From Yuukianura sp. NJ FZ-2021 (Eukaryota): a DNA stretch of 64,000 nucleotides. The position numbers and the translations under genes were made by a program. Each line of letters opens with the position of its first letter. Positions within the stretch are counted from its first letter, which is position 1. Positions 13,378 to 26,200 of this stretch are shown piece after piece. The notes beneath the pieces were generated by a model. That model did not search any database. It was given only the letters and a program-made list of their open reading frames with translations, and had not been told where the DNA came from. Where the stretch lies: positions 62,001 through 126,000 of the forward strand of contig CM102285.1 in NCBI GenBank assembly GCA_046563655.1. The letters run 5' to 3'.

Positions 13378-13457
13378 TATTTTTTTTCAGTAATTTCACT
13401 TTTTTTTTTCTCTGAAGATGCATTTTTGTTGTTTTCATAGTTTTACTGAGAGTGAAA

Positions 13458-14910
13458 ATGAATTCTACGGCAACAAACAAGAGGACTTGGTGTGAGATAG
13501 TTATGGAGGAGGTGGAAGGTCACACCCTCCGGGGATTAATTCCGATGCTCCTCCCCCCGGGGGCATACAAATTCCCCGACGTGGCCAGAGTAGAATCACA
13601 AGATGGGAGTTGGATTGAAGAGTGGATTCGAGAAGCGGGGTTGGAACCCCAGGGAGAAACCCCGGAAGAAAGAGCTCAGTTCGCCCGTGACATGGCCACT
13701 ATGTGCGCATACTTCCTCCCCGGCCTTGACCCAGGCACTGACCCCATGAAAATATACATGTGGATCATGACACTGTCGTTTCTAGGCAAGCTTGTTTAAC
13801 TCCAAATTTTGTTTATTTTTTCTTAACAGGTTATACCATAACTCCTTTTTCAAATTTTCAAACTTTTTGAACATCACATCTGATATATGGCTCCGTTGTG
13901 TTTGCAATTCGAATTCAAAACTATGACTCAGCAACGTGAAAATTAAAAAATTTCAAAAGAGTATTGTGAAAATCAACAAAATTGGTACAAAAGTTGTTTT
14001 TTTCGTGTTTAAAAAAATCGGAGTTATGACATAACCTCTTAGAGCATTTGTGCAAATGGTCGCTATAGCAACCTTGTTTCTAGGCGACGACGTGCTGGAG
14101 GGACGGGACTTGTTTGGACGAAACAGAGTGGTCGGCCAAGAAATGGCCGTGGTGGTCGCCGACATTTTTCGTGGGAAATATTCAAATTTTGAGGACATTC
14201 CGATCAGCGAAGACGCGTTTCGGCTAAAGTCAATGATCAAGGCTGGATTTCTGGCTGCGCAGAAGGCTAATGCCCATTTGCCAAACTTTTTTTCAACTTC
14301 TGAGCACCTTGCTGATGCCATTAGTGCAGCCTACAGTGGAATGCTGGCAATGGAGCTAGAGGATCACTATGACGACGACATGGGCGATCTTCCAGTAGAT
14401 TCTTACCAGTTTTTTAGAAAGTACGAAGGTGGATTTGAAGGTTTGATTTTTAAATTTAGAAATCTAATTTTTTTTTCAAAATTGTAAATTTTGAAAATTG
14501 CAGGTCTGATTGAGTTGGCGCTACTGTGCAAAGGGGCTGTACCCACTCCGGACATGCGCAGAAGTCTAATTTTCCAGCGTATCCTTGACCTTGCATGGTC
14601 CATCAATGTTAATATCAACGATCTTTTTAGTATCCGGAAGGAGTTGAACAATGGCGTGGGCTACAACGTTGTTGCTTATAAAAGTAAATTTGTTGAGCTG
14701 CCCACGGCGTTTGCGCAGGTCGTTGCGCATGTGCAAGAGCAGATTTTGGAATTAGCTGCGCTGACTAAACGCTACCGAGACTTTGGTCAGGGAAACAAGA
14801 CGATAAACGGAGTTTTAGACGTGCTAGAACAAATGGTGGATGGACATGTGTACTGGTACGCAGTCAGCAAAAGATACGGAGACATCAAACTACAAATTGT
14901 CCAACGATAA
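13458..14910 (+). CDS. Microbial-type class I terpene synthase F, G/D chimera (exons 13458-13785, 14084-14440, 14504-14910; 363 aa)
   Basis: DDVLE, NDLFSIRKE and WYAVSKRY intact; the frame is restored by a GC-AG intron at 13786-14083 and a GT-AG intron at 14441-14503. Confidence 0.8.
13787..14076. mobile_element. 290-bp non-autonomous hAT-like element (MITE) forming intron 1 of gene F
   Basis: 8-bp TSD TTTCTAGG at 13779-13786 and 14077-14084; imperfect TIR CAAGCTTG...CAACCTTG; paralog D shows the empty site. Confidence 0.75.
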
Positions 14911-15391
14911 CTTCATTTAAAAATTTTAGTTTACTACAATTTTGAAATTTTCAACAAATTGTGATTTCATTAGTTTAACGTGTACAGTTAAAAATAAGGT
15001 GCTTTAGAAGAATTTGTTAATAAAAATAATCTTGAAAAGTTCAACGTCTGAAAAGCTAAAAGTTCGGATTGTTTGTGAAATTTTTTCGAAAAGTGATTTT
15101 GATAAATTTTTTCTTCTGATACTTAGAATTTCAAAATTTGAAGTTTTTGTGTATTTGTCGTAGTTCTCTGTGTTATTGCGAATTGACAAGCAGTTTAATT
15201 TGACTTTGGAATTTCCAAGTTCACACAGAATCGGTAGGAAATACAACGCCGTAAACACTGTACTTAAGTAGCGAAAGGAAACTAGATTGTACAACACGGA
15301 AGTCGTGCAATCTTTCGTTACATAATATCTAATATTTCTGTAATATTTATGTTATATTATGTAATATTATATTATATAATATTTATTATCG

Positions 15392-16923
15392 TCAACTTTT
15401 GGTTCCTCCGAGGTCACGGCTGAGGTCACCGGCAGGAATAATTTCCAAAAGAGCTTTGGACCACTTTTCTTTTTTTCTGCCAAAAATGTGCAATCTATCT
15501 TTTTGTGTTCCGCTCATCGTAGTCGACACGAGTCCCAGCACAACTCGAAGTATTCTCTTTTGGCCTGCAAGTTTTTAAAAATTTATAATTTTTTTCAAAA
15601 AAACAAAAATTCAAATTTTTCCCTAAAATTTTTTTCTTACCATTGATTACATAAACACTGTGGACTAAACGAGGATAATGTTCTTCAGCGATCTCTTTAA
15701 ATTGAGACAGCAGCGGTAGGACTAAAATATAAACAAAATTAGAGTTGTGCACCGAATCACTAAAAATTGTGGTTTCAAAGTTGTGCGCCAAAATTTTGTG
15801 CTTATCTTACGCTTCTTGGCAAATTTTAAATTTTTGGTGACCTCAATCTCGTGACCTTTGCCATCAAAAATCACTACAGAGTTGCCGAATGGATTCGGAG
15901 AGTTTCGGACGATCGTTTCTAGCATCTCGGCGTGAAACATTGCAAAGCGTTCTAACCGAATTCTGTCGCTTTTCAGCTTCTCCTTGACCATTTTCCGCAG
16001 TTCTTTATCCTCGTAATTGAACAGTTCATCTGTAGGTTCCACAAGGATCACTGCAAAACCAAGGTCAAAGGTCAATTTTCCAAAATCAAAGCTCAATTTC
16101 CAAAGGTCAAAGGTCATTGACCTGTGAATCTCCAAGGCTAACCTGGGCGTCCTTGGAAATCATGGGCAATGACACGGTAAGTAACGGGACAAAAAACGTC
16201 ACTGAAATCTTCTTCTAAAATTCCGTCAATCCTATTTTCCGTTCTCCATTTCAAATTCTACAAAAAAAAAATTGTAAATTTTAAAATTTACCAAAATTAT
16301 AAATGCACAGCAACTTTGGACTTAAAATTTACCTTGGCTATGGCCCGGGCGGCATGTCTCATATTGTACTTCATTGCTACAAAATTAAGAAAAGACGTGA
16401 GTTAGTTTTTAGAAATTTAGAATTTAAAATTCTGACTTTTGTAGAAAATTTCCGAAAATTTTGTATTATTTAAAGCTTCTAAAATGGGATTTTTCTTAGT
16501 CATGAAATTTCCTCAGAAACTTTTCAAAATTCTTTGCTTTTCCAAATACTCACGCCTTCCAACTTTCTATAGCGTATTAACTGCTTCTTTTTGTAAAAAA
16601 AGTGTTTGGGCGAAGCCTCAATACGCATTTCCAGCATAGCTTAATTTTACGCATAATTTTTTTTTGGAATTTCAAAAACTTCAAAGCTTTACCGCGAATC
16701 CATCTTTTCAAAAAGTTGTCCGTTAGGTGTGGTTTTGACGATTCGTCGCCCAATGTTTGTTGAAGTGTTCTACGCAGCTGTTTCAAAATTTTGAAAACAA
16801 AATTTTAGAAATCGATTTCTTTTAAATAAGTTTTTAAAACCAATTTAAAATGTTATTTTTTCTCACCTCAGCTACAAGCGAACCAATGTTGGCTTCTGCT
16901 TCGGCTTTTTTTGCTTGACCCAT
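15392..16923 (-). CDS. CRAL-TRIO / SEC14-like lipid-binding protein (multi-exon)
   Basis: DNFLKRWIRAMKYN, LKWRTENRIDGIL, DFQGRPVILV, VVIFDGKG, EEHYPRLVHSVYVING and KWSKALLEIIPAGDLSRDLGG follow the SEC14 pattern. Confidence 0.85.
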
Positions 16924-18529
16924 TAAGGCAAAGGTCAACTTTTCTTTGTTATAAAAATTGAAAAATAATTTGTGTCAGTTTTAAATTTTGTAATGTTTTG
17001 AATTACAACTTTTAAATTTGGCGCGTTCGTAGATCCAGAGATACTGGAAGTATTTTACCAACTCCAGCAAAACCTGTTTGTAACTTGAAATAAAAATTTT
17101 GGCACCAGGTTCTCCACTGGTTCAAAAATTTCCGTAGATTTGACCTCGAAAAGTCCACGCAGACGCCAACTTGTGAAATTCCAACAAAAAAAATGCTCAA
17201 TTCCAAGTGGAAAAACCTGTAAACTTGTTCTTAAATTTTTGTTGTTCACTTGGGAAATCCTAACTCCTTGAAAAATCTAAAATTATTTCACTTTACAAAA
17301 AAAATGTTATTTTGGCGGCCTGTTTCGCTAAATTTTCCTTAAAATGAAAATAAAAATTGTGAAGAGTTAATCTTTTTTAACAATGAAGTAAACATGCGAA
17401 GAGGTCAATACATTTCAGTTCTCATGAAAAATGGAATTTCCCACATTAATCTTCTTGTGAAATTTTTTACTTCAGTTCACAACTAATGATCCTGTCGTGC
17501 ATCGCAATAAGTTTAATTACAAGTTTTTTTTAGTCTAACAAACAAGGAAAACTGCATCTTCTTTGAATTTTTTCAAATTCCAAATTATTTTTGTCTCATC
17601 AGTTTCAAAAATTTATGAAACGACAAAAAGGAGTCGCGCCAAACAAGGAAAAATTACTCGGGTTTTGCAATTTTTTTTTTGTAAAATTTATTTCAATGTT
17701 GCAAATTATAGACTTTTAGTTAAAGATTTGATGAAAAAGGTGCAAAATTGCTAATAAGTGATGCAGTTGAGAAATTCAAAGAATTTTTTTAAATAATCTA
17801 TTCAACTTTTTTTTTCAACTCGCCGGAAATTTTTTTAAACGCTGAAATTGGACCGAACAATTTCCGATTTTCAAACCGTTTTTGTCAAGGATTTTTTTTC
17901 TGGTTAATAATTTTATGGTTACTGATTTTTGTTAAAGAAGAAATTAGATTTTAGTGTGTCGTTTAATTAGAACTTGCATGTACAGAACGACAAAAATGTT
18001 TTTGAAAAAAATTGTGTTATAAGTTTCCACAAATTGACTTTTCCCACCAAAAACGAGTTTCTTAATCAGATACAAACATTTTATGGGATAAAATTACTCT
18101 TTTGTGGCATGCTGTCCTTTGTTTTAACTTTCAACCAAAAAAAATTGGAAAAACAACACCTTTTTTTGATTGTTCTTGAAAGCGATCAGGTAAAACTGGA
18201 AGTTGTTAAGTGGCGATGAAAATAAAAGGACGGTGGCAGTTGACTTTTGAAATTCCTCCAAATTTAATTAAGTAATTGCACTTAACGATCAAGGGAAGAG
18301 GATAAAACCAAGCGGAAAGAACAAAGATTTAGTCACACGAATTATTCTACAAATATCTCAGCACGTGAAGAACAATAGGTAAAAAAAAATCAGTTGTGTC
18401 ACAGGTCAAGAGGTCAATGACAGAGTCAAATTTTAGTGCAGTCATGTCAGGATCATAATTTTTTTTAATAATTTGACTTTTTTTTTCTAAAAATATAAAT
18501 TTTTGTTTTCATAGTGTTGCAAGGTGAAA

Positions 18530-19621
18530 ATGGGTTCAATGGCTGTAAATAAGAGGACTTGGTGTGAAATAATAGTGGACGGGGTTGAAGGTCACACTCT
18601 CCGGGGATTAATTCCGATGCTCCTCCCCCCGGGGGCATACAAATTCCCTGACGTAGCTAGAGTAGAGTCACATGACGGGAGTTGGATCGAAGAGTGGATT
18701 CGAGAATCGGGGTTGGAACCCCAGGGAGAAACCCCGGAAGAAAGAACTCAGTTTGCCAAGGACATGGCCACGTTCTGTGCCTACTTAATCCCCGGCCTCG
18801 AATGCGGTTCAGACGCCATGAAGTTTTACATGTGGATCATGACCTTGGGGTTTCTGGGGGACGACGTGCTGGAAGGGCGGGACATTTTTGGGCGGGACCG
18901 GGAAGCGGGCGTGAAAATGGCCACTGTTGCTGGAGAACTGTTCACTGGAAAGTACTCTACACTGGACAGCATTCCTTTTGACCAAGAGGCTTTTGGACTC
19001 AAGACGATGATTCGCGCGGGATTCGTGGCCGCACAGAAGGCGCAGGCGCACATTCCGAATTTTTATGAATCAGCGACATATTTTGCCGAAGCAGTGACCC
19101 TGAGCTACTCAGCATCACTTTCTCTTGAACTAGAAGATCACAATGACGATGACCTCGGTGACCTCCCGATCGAAAGTTACGATGACTTTAGATTCTACGA
19201 AGGCGGGTTTCAGGGGTTCATTGAACTTGCTTTTCTTTGCCATGACGCCGTGCCGTCACTGAGCATGCGTCAAAACGTCATTTTCAAAAGACTCCTCGTC
19301 CTGGCATGGCACATTTCCATTTACATCAACGATCTGTTTGGCGTGCGGCGTGAAATTGAGTCAGGGCGTGGTTATAACAGCGTCATCTACAGAACAAGGG
19401 AGATGGAACTGCCCGAGGCGTTTGAGCAAGTTGTGGCAATTGTGAATCGAGATGTTTTGAATTTTGTTGCCTTGGCAACGCGGTACAAAACACACCACCG
19501 AGTGGACAGTCACGAGCAACGCGTGCTCAGAGTGCTCGAGGAATTCGTGGATGGGCACATTTACTCTTTCCAAGCCAATCGCAGATACGGCAACATCAAA
19601 ACACAATTCTTGGAGCGATGA
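18530..19621 (+). CDS. Microbial-type class I terpene synthase G, intronless CDS (363 aa)
   Basis: DDVLE, YDDFRFYEGG, NDLFGVRRE (NSE with Gly), SFQANRRY (RY kept, Trp replaced). Confidence 0.85.
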   Translation: MGSMAVNKRTWCEIIVDGVEGHTLRGLIPMLLPPGAYKFPDVARVESHDGSWIEEWIRESGLEPQGETPEERTQFAKDMATFCAYLIPGLECGSDAMKFYMWIMTLGFLGDDVLEGRDIFGRDREAGVKMATVAGELFTGKYSTLDSIPFDQEAFGLKTMIRAGFVAAQKAQAHIPNFYESATYFAEAVTLSYSASLSLELEDHNDDDLGDLPIESYDDFRFYEGGFQGFIELAFLCHDAVPSLSMRQNVIFKRLLVLAWHISIYINDLFGVRREIESGRGYNSVIYRTREMELPEAFEQVVAIVNRDVLNFVALATRYKTHHRVDSHEQRVLRVLEEFVDGHIYSFQANRRYGNIKTQFLER

Positions 19622-20210
19622 ACAATTTAACACTTCAATTCGTTCGAAAATGTAACCAAATTGATTGAAAAAAAAATTAATCTTAATTAATTTCAATAAT
19701 TTAACTGCATTTCAACTGTAAACCTTGGATTTTCTAATTATTTGAAGTGTTGCAATACTAAAAGTAGAACGATCGTTTTATTTAACTAATATAAAAACGT
19801 TGTGCCTCACCCTTCAAACTTTCCCAACAAAAAAAAAAGATTTTGATTTTCTAAATTTTGAGAATCAAAATTCCAAATGTGAGGAAAAAGTTTGGAAGAT
19901 AAATAAATGGCGTGCACCTTTATTTGGAATTGCGAGCAGGAAAAAGCGATGTGTGACGTGAACGAGGGCTAATTACTTAAATCTAATTACTAAAGCTAAT
20001 TACTTTTTAATTACTTAGCTCTTAATTCCTAATTACAATAATATTAACAACATGATAAAATTATTTGTGTCTTTGAATGTTTATGGATTATGGATTGAGG
20101 ATGATGGATTATGGATTGTTTTATTCCACTTTATGTCCACTTGCAGTTCCATTTCCAGATCTTGGATTGTGAAATCTAGAATGTGGAGTATGGATTATGG
20201 ATTGCGAATG

Positions 20211-23200
20211 TTACTGTTCCACAAAATCCACTTGAAGTCCCATTTCCAGATCGTCCAGCTCCACTTCCTTTTCTGGATTAGTTAAAAATGGATACAGTTC
20301 CACAATGGACTCAATTTTGGTTGTTCTGGTCAAGTCAAAGTCTGGATTGTCTTGTATTTCCACTGGTTCCAGCAGTCCAGCGATTCTAGTCAAGTGCGGA
20401 GTGAAGGACGGCGTCGCTGGACCAACAAATGTCCATCGATACCTATAATCGAAATCAAAATTTTCATAAAATTTGAAAAAAAATTTCAAAATTTTAAAAA
20501 GTCCTTACAACTGGAACATATTAAAAACTTGGAAGTGAGAAAGGCGTGAGAGGTTGAGTGCCACTTGGAGAAGTTTGCAGAGTTGCAAATAGAGGTAGAG
20601 ATGCGACTGTTGCTGCGTGAGTAGATCAGTTTCCATCTGAATCATCGTCTACATCCCAAAAAACATAAAATTTCGAAACTTTTCAAAAATTTTTTCAAAA
20701 TTTTGAAAAAAGTACCTGGAGCACTTCATGTAGAATGATGGGCCACAGAGTATTGAGATTTTGTGGCGAGAGTCTGACTAGGAGAACTCGGAAGCAGAGA
20801 AAAACTTGACTCTGAATTATTGGAATCATTTGCGGCATTTTGATCGCTTCAGCCAGTCTCTCTGGAAAAATTCAAATCCAAACAAATTTTCAAAAAAAGT
20901 TTTCAAAATTTCGAAATTTTGAAATTACCTTGAACAACTGTCATATGCCTCGTGTACTGATCTCTAGGTGAAGAGTATATGACAAACGCTAGTCTCTTGA
21001 GCAACATTCCGCGTGACTCGTACTCAACTTCTTTGCTCGAAAAAATATTGAGAGACCCCGTCTGTGGAACGCTCACTCGACCTGCAATTTCAAAAAAAAT
21101 CAAATTCAATGTCAAATTTTCTCAATTTTTTTTTAAAAACTGAAATTTTGAAATTCTTGCCCAAAAATTCTTGAAAAGTTGTTTTATCACTGAACAGATT
21201 ATCAAAAATGGGCATCCAGTCTTTGAGAGTGACCGACGGGAAATGGAAAAAACTCGACTCCAGCAAAAGTTCAAAAATTTCTTTCTTCCAGGCTTTTCTC
21301 AAATTCGGGTAATTGCTCAACTTGGCCAAAAGTGAGGCACTCAAAATGTAACTCTGCTGCGGAAACCTTCAAAAACAACAATTTCAATGTCAAAAACACT
21401 TTTTTTAAAAAATTTTTTCAAGATTTTGAACAAACTTACTTTCCTCTTAGGAAGACCATTAAAAAGGCAACGATTGTGTTGATCGGCAGTCGCTCTTCGG
21501 TTGACACCCAAACCAAATCCAGCAGCGACGTCAGGTACGAATTCAGCGTCTCCAGCGTCTGCGTTGACGTCAGCTCAGATTTGGCTCTTTTTTCCATAGA
21601 AGTCGTACAAATGGAATCCAGCAGCTAAACATTCAAATTCAAAACAAGTTTTCAAAAACCAAGTTTTTTTTTTTTCAGAAAAGTTCAAAATTTTGAAAAT
21701 ATTACCTTCCCGCCCAAATCCTGGAGTTCTTTATTGCATTCCTTTCCAGCACACATCGCTTTGACCAGTTTGTAGTAAATCACAAGCGCTGCCAGCTGAA
21801 CTTGCACTGGAAGCGCAAAAGTATTTTTCACAAGCAAAATCAACTCACTACTCAGCTCTACCACATTCGAACTCTTGTCCATGTAGTGCCCCAGGAACAT
21901 CAGCAGGTTCACCGCAATCGAAAACAAGTCTTCCTGTAAAAAAAAATCAAAAAAGATTTTTTTTTTAAATTTTCAAAATTTTGAAAATTTTTACTCTTAC
22001 TTCAGGTGTGTTGAGCGGTGATAGGCCATTTCCGCCACTGCTGACTCCATTCCCGGTGCTTTGTTTTAAAAATGAATCCACTCCAGCCACGAGCGATTCG
22101 AGCGACAGGACTTTCATGCCCCAAACCAAATCAGCACCAGCACTTGGCTCCACCCTCCCAACTGCCTGGATAAACTGCGGACAGTAGCTCACTGCAATCG
22201 GATTCAGAAGATTGTTGAGACTTTGCTGGAATGCAGAGTAGATTCCGAGGATGGACGAAAGAAGGTTCGGCAGAAGACCGAGCAGAGAAACCTTGTTCGG
22301 AACGCCCTTTCCCTGTTAAAAAAGTACGGAATTGAAATTATCGCTGGAAATTCCAGAATCCAGAATTCCAGAATCTAAAATCCAGAATTCCAAAATCCAG
22401 AATTTCAGAATCCTTAAGTAAAGTAATATTGACCAGACCTTGTTATGTTGATGCTGGGCAGGAGTGGATGCTGGAGTGTTGCTGCCTCCCACAAAGACAC
22501 TGACAATATTGGACAGAAGACCAGGAGATGCTTGAACCTTCTCACTAACTACTGTCTCTTCCAGGACAATGAAGTGCAGAATTGTTGTGAGGGCGTCCAG
22601 TACTTTTCCCAAGTATGCAAGGTCACGACCTCTGGGGCAACAAAAAATAAAAATGAAAAGTCAAAATTTTAAATCGTTGAGATTTTTAATCGTTTGAAAA
22701 TTGTGTCTCACTTTGTTTCGCTGCCCAGAATTCCGATGATGACCTTGACGACATCGAGAGTGACCTTCTCCTCCTTGTAGAATCTGAGACACTTTGTGAT
22801 GGAGTTGAGGATGATGAGATGCAGAGCAGGCACTTTGTCGTCACTCAGGATAGTTCGGATGGAATCCACGTAAAGAGGCTGACGAATCATGCCGACATTG
22901 GCCGAGTAGTTTTGTTGTCTAGAAGATTTGGATTTTCCGCCACCACTTACTCGGTTGCAGTATTTCAGTTCAGATTCAAGCCCAATCAACACTGTTGTGA
23001 CCCTGAAAGAGAATAATAAAGCTTGAAACTAATGAAATTTTCCGACCACTTGTGAAAATTCAGAATTTTCCGACCACTTGTGAAAATTCAGAATTTTCCG
23101 ACCACTTGTGAAAATTCAGAATTTTCCGACCACTTGTGAAAATTCAGAATTTTCCGACCACTTGTGAAAATTTGAAATTTTCCAACCACTTGTAAAAATT

Positions 23201-26200
23201 CAGAATTTTCCGACCACTTATGAAAATTTGAAATTTTCCGACCACTTCCGAAAATTTCAGAATTTTCGGACCACTTGTGGAAAATGTGTTCCAACGAATG
23301 TTGTTTTACCTCACAACTTCTCTGTAGATCATGACAATATTTTCATAGTTGAGTTTCATAATTTCTTCAGTGCTGGTCAGCTTATCCTCACTTTCCAGCG
23401 TCGGCAGCGTAACTACGACATTCAAAATCGTTTTTGGAAGATGCAACTTCAGCATAATCGAACCTACCAAATTCAAATCGAAATTCAAAATTTCAAAATT
23501 TTCAAAACCAAAACCTCAAAAAATTCAAAAAACCTCAAAATTTTTCATTTTTTTTTCATACCAAGGAAATCTTTGTACGCATGTCCAATGAATCCATTGA
23601 GCACAATTTCTATTATCCTCAGTGCTTCGACGTGGACGCTGATCAGATCACCCGTTCTCTCCATCACATACGCTTCAAAGGATCGCTGCACCGCTTCCAG
23701 CGTCAGCTCCAGAAAAGTCAGCCCACTCTCACTTTCAACAGCGCTGATCGCTGCTTGCAAAAACGCTGCAGCATCCACTTCCAGCACCTTCTTAAGCAGC
23801 TTCAAAGCATACAGCATCTGGGGCAAGTCTGGACCTGCGCAGTATACCAGCATCTGCGTCGTATACGGATGAATTGAAAAGAGTCTTTGGTGCTGAATCG
23901 CTGGAAAATCGCTTCCAGCGCTTCTCCTTGGCAAATTCGGTGTCGCTGCAGCAGAATCGCTTTCTACCGGAGTTGTTTCACTTTTTTCTGGCAGGAATAA
24001 GTCCTTGTCCGGATCAATCGTCGTGATAGACAGGCAAGTGACATTGTTTATTGACCCATCCAAGTACGGTTGTGACATGCGCAGTTTGTGCGAAGTTGCT
24101 GGTGAGTTGGACTTTGTGTCATTGTGGTTGATGTCGCCAGGACCTTCAGCGTTGATGTCGCCACGACTTTCGGTACTGATGTCGCCACGACTCTCAGTTG
24201 ACTGGTCCAGGAGGCCCAAGTAGTTGTCTTCATCCATTTCCTCAAATTCGTCGTCACTTTGACGAATTAACGGTATCGTGAATCTTCCGGACGAGTCCAT
24301 CAGCAACGAAGTTGGTCTGGGTATCGAAACCGGTGAAACGGTATCCAGTACCGTTCCGTCGGTTTCGGTTTTCCCTCCATTTAGTACCGGTTCATCATCA
24401 GCTGTTTTCTTGTCATTTTCTTCAAGTGCCCGTTGCTCACTTAAACTTCGGCAGTCGCCAGATAAAACACTCCGGGTCAACTTCAACTGTGACCGTAGAA
24501 TTCTTAGCAGTGGCGACAAGATGACTCCGATGTCGCCATTGGCGACATAATCTTTTACAAATTGCTCACTCCTCGTCAGTACTTTGGCATCAGTAGAGCC
24601 CAGTCCATCCAGTATTTTACACACCAAGCGATCAAATGGTGCTTTCTTGTCCAGCATTTTCTTGAACTTGATCAGCGCTTCGTCAAAGTCTCCTTCTTTC
24701 GCTTTTGTTATAAAAAGTCTCTCTATTCTCCCGGGGTAACACGAGATAAAAGTGTCCAAGGTCACGAGGTCATTGACCTCCCACAGAAAATCAGCGATTC
24801 TCTCCACGGCAGCCGTCGAGTTCAAAGTTCCTCTGCAATTTTCATCAGGAAGGAGGTAAGTTATGCTGGAAATTGCAATTCCAGCGATTCCAGGCGACTC
24901 AGAAACGGCAGCAATTATGAAACATTTCAAAATGGAGTCGATCTCGGCCTTGACCTCTTCGTGACCTTGACCTTCCCCTTGCATTTGACCTTGACCTTCA
25001 TCTTGGAGTTGACCTTGGCCTTCCCCTTCCGTTTGACCTTGACCTTCAGATTTCCAGTTCCTTATGCACAAAAGTGTCAACTCGCTCATGACCTTGAAGG
25101 CATCCAGAAGATGAGGATCAGCTTTGGAAGTGACTGGAGGCAAACTGAATGGAGCTTTTTCAGTCATCTCGGTCAGAGAATTTAAAATTTTTTCTGGAAA
25201 AGACTCCGAGTGGTCCGCTCGGTAAAGTTCGTCAAAGTTCGGCTTTGCGGTGACCAATTTCTGGAAAGTCTGTTCGATATCCAGGGAACAGAGGATGGTC
25301 GACACAAACTGAGTGAGGATGGTGGACATACTGCGGAGAGCCGACTGGAGACTAAAGGCTTTGCATAAGTTGAGAAGGCAGATGAGGTTGGACAGAGGAA
25401 GAACGTCTAAAGAAGTCTGAATTTGGTCCAGGAGTTGACGACTGAAGGTGTCCAGATCCCCTGACTCCAGAAAGTCACTGGAGATTAAAAACGAAATCAA
25501 GAGACAGAGTTCTGGAAGAGGAGGTGATCCTGAGCCCGGTTTCTGCACAGACGCACTCTCCTCACTTGTGAAGTTCCCGTGAACAGCGGAAAACAAAAAT
25601 GTCCAGACGTAGTGAGAGTTCAGAGTGGAGAAAAAGATGGTTCCAGCTGAGTGGGAAGTATTGTGAATATAGATGGATCTGAAAAATACAAAGGTCAAAG
25701 TTTTTAAAAGGTCAAAGGTCAAAGTTTGCAAAATTCGAAAGGTCAAAGGTCACCTGATGATATCCACCAAGACACTTTTGAGGACATGGTCGGACCCTTT
25801 GCTTTGCTTGTCAAACAAGTACACCAGGATTCGGTAATTGTCTTCATCGTTATCACAGAGAAGGGATTGAATTGCATTGATTAACAGCTCATCACAGTCA
25901 GTTAGCCAGTTGAACAGGCGCCTTAAATAAAAAGTACACCGATTATGCATTTACACGTGCAGTTTTACCAAATAGTACTTTTTACATGTATAAAACGTAG
26001 AGAATGCCACATTTACATGTGTAAAATCCCACATTTACATTATATTTTTTGAAGTTTTTGCATAAAACCATACTTATGTTGAAAAAATGTTGAAAACTGT
26101 TAAAAGTGTGGTTTTTTGTTAGGACGCGCATAAAAATGAATTGCATCACGAAAAACCACAACCCCACCACAGAAGATAGTACAGTAAAACCATAATTTAC

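Noticed and set aside
9025-19621. Calling D, F and G farnesyl/geranylgeranyl diphosphate synthases
   Set aside because: The second motif is NDxxS/GxxxE with C-terminal RY rather than a second DDxxD, and there is no RRG after the first motif
20085-20205. ggattatggatt-type repeats here and in reverse at 55585-55710 as a shared 3'UTR regulatory element
   Set aside because: Low-complexity simple repeat; a shared function cannot be supported
23035-23285. 28-bp direct repeats resembling a CRISPR array
   Set aside because: Units are head-to-tail with no unique spacers, lie in a eukaryotic intron, and no cas genes are present
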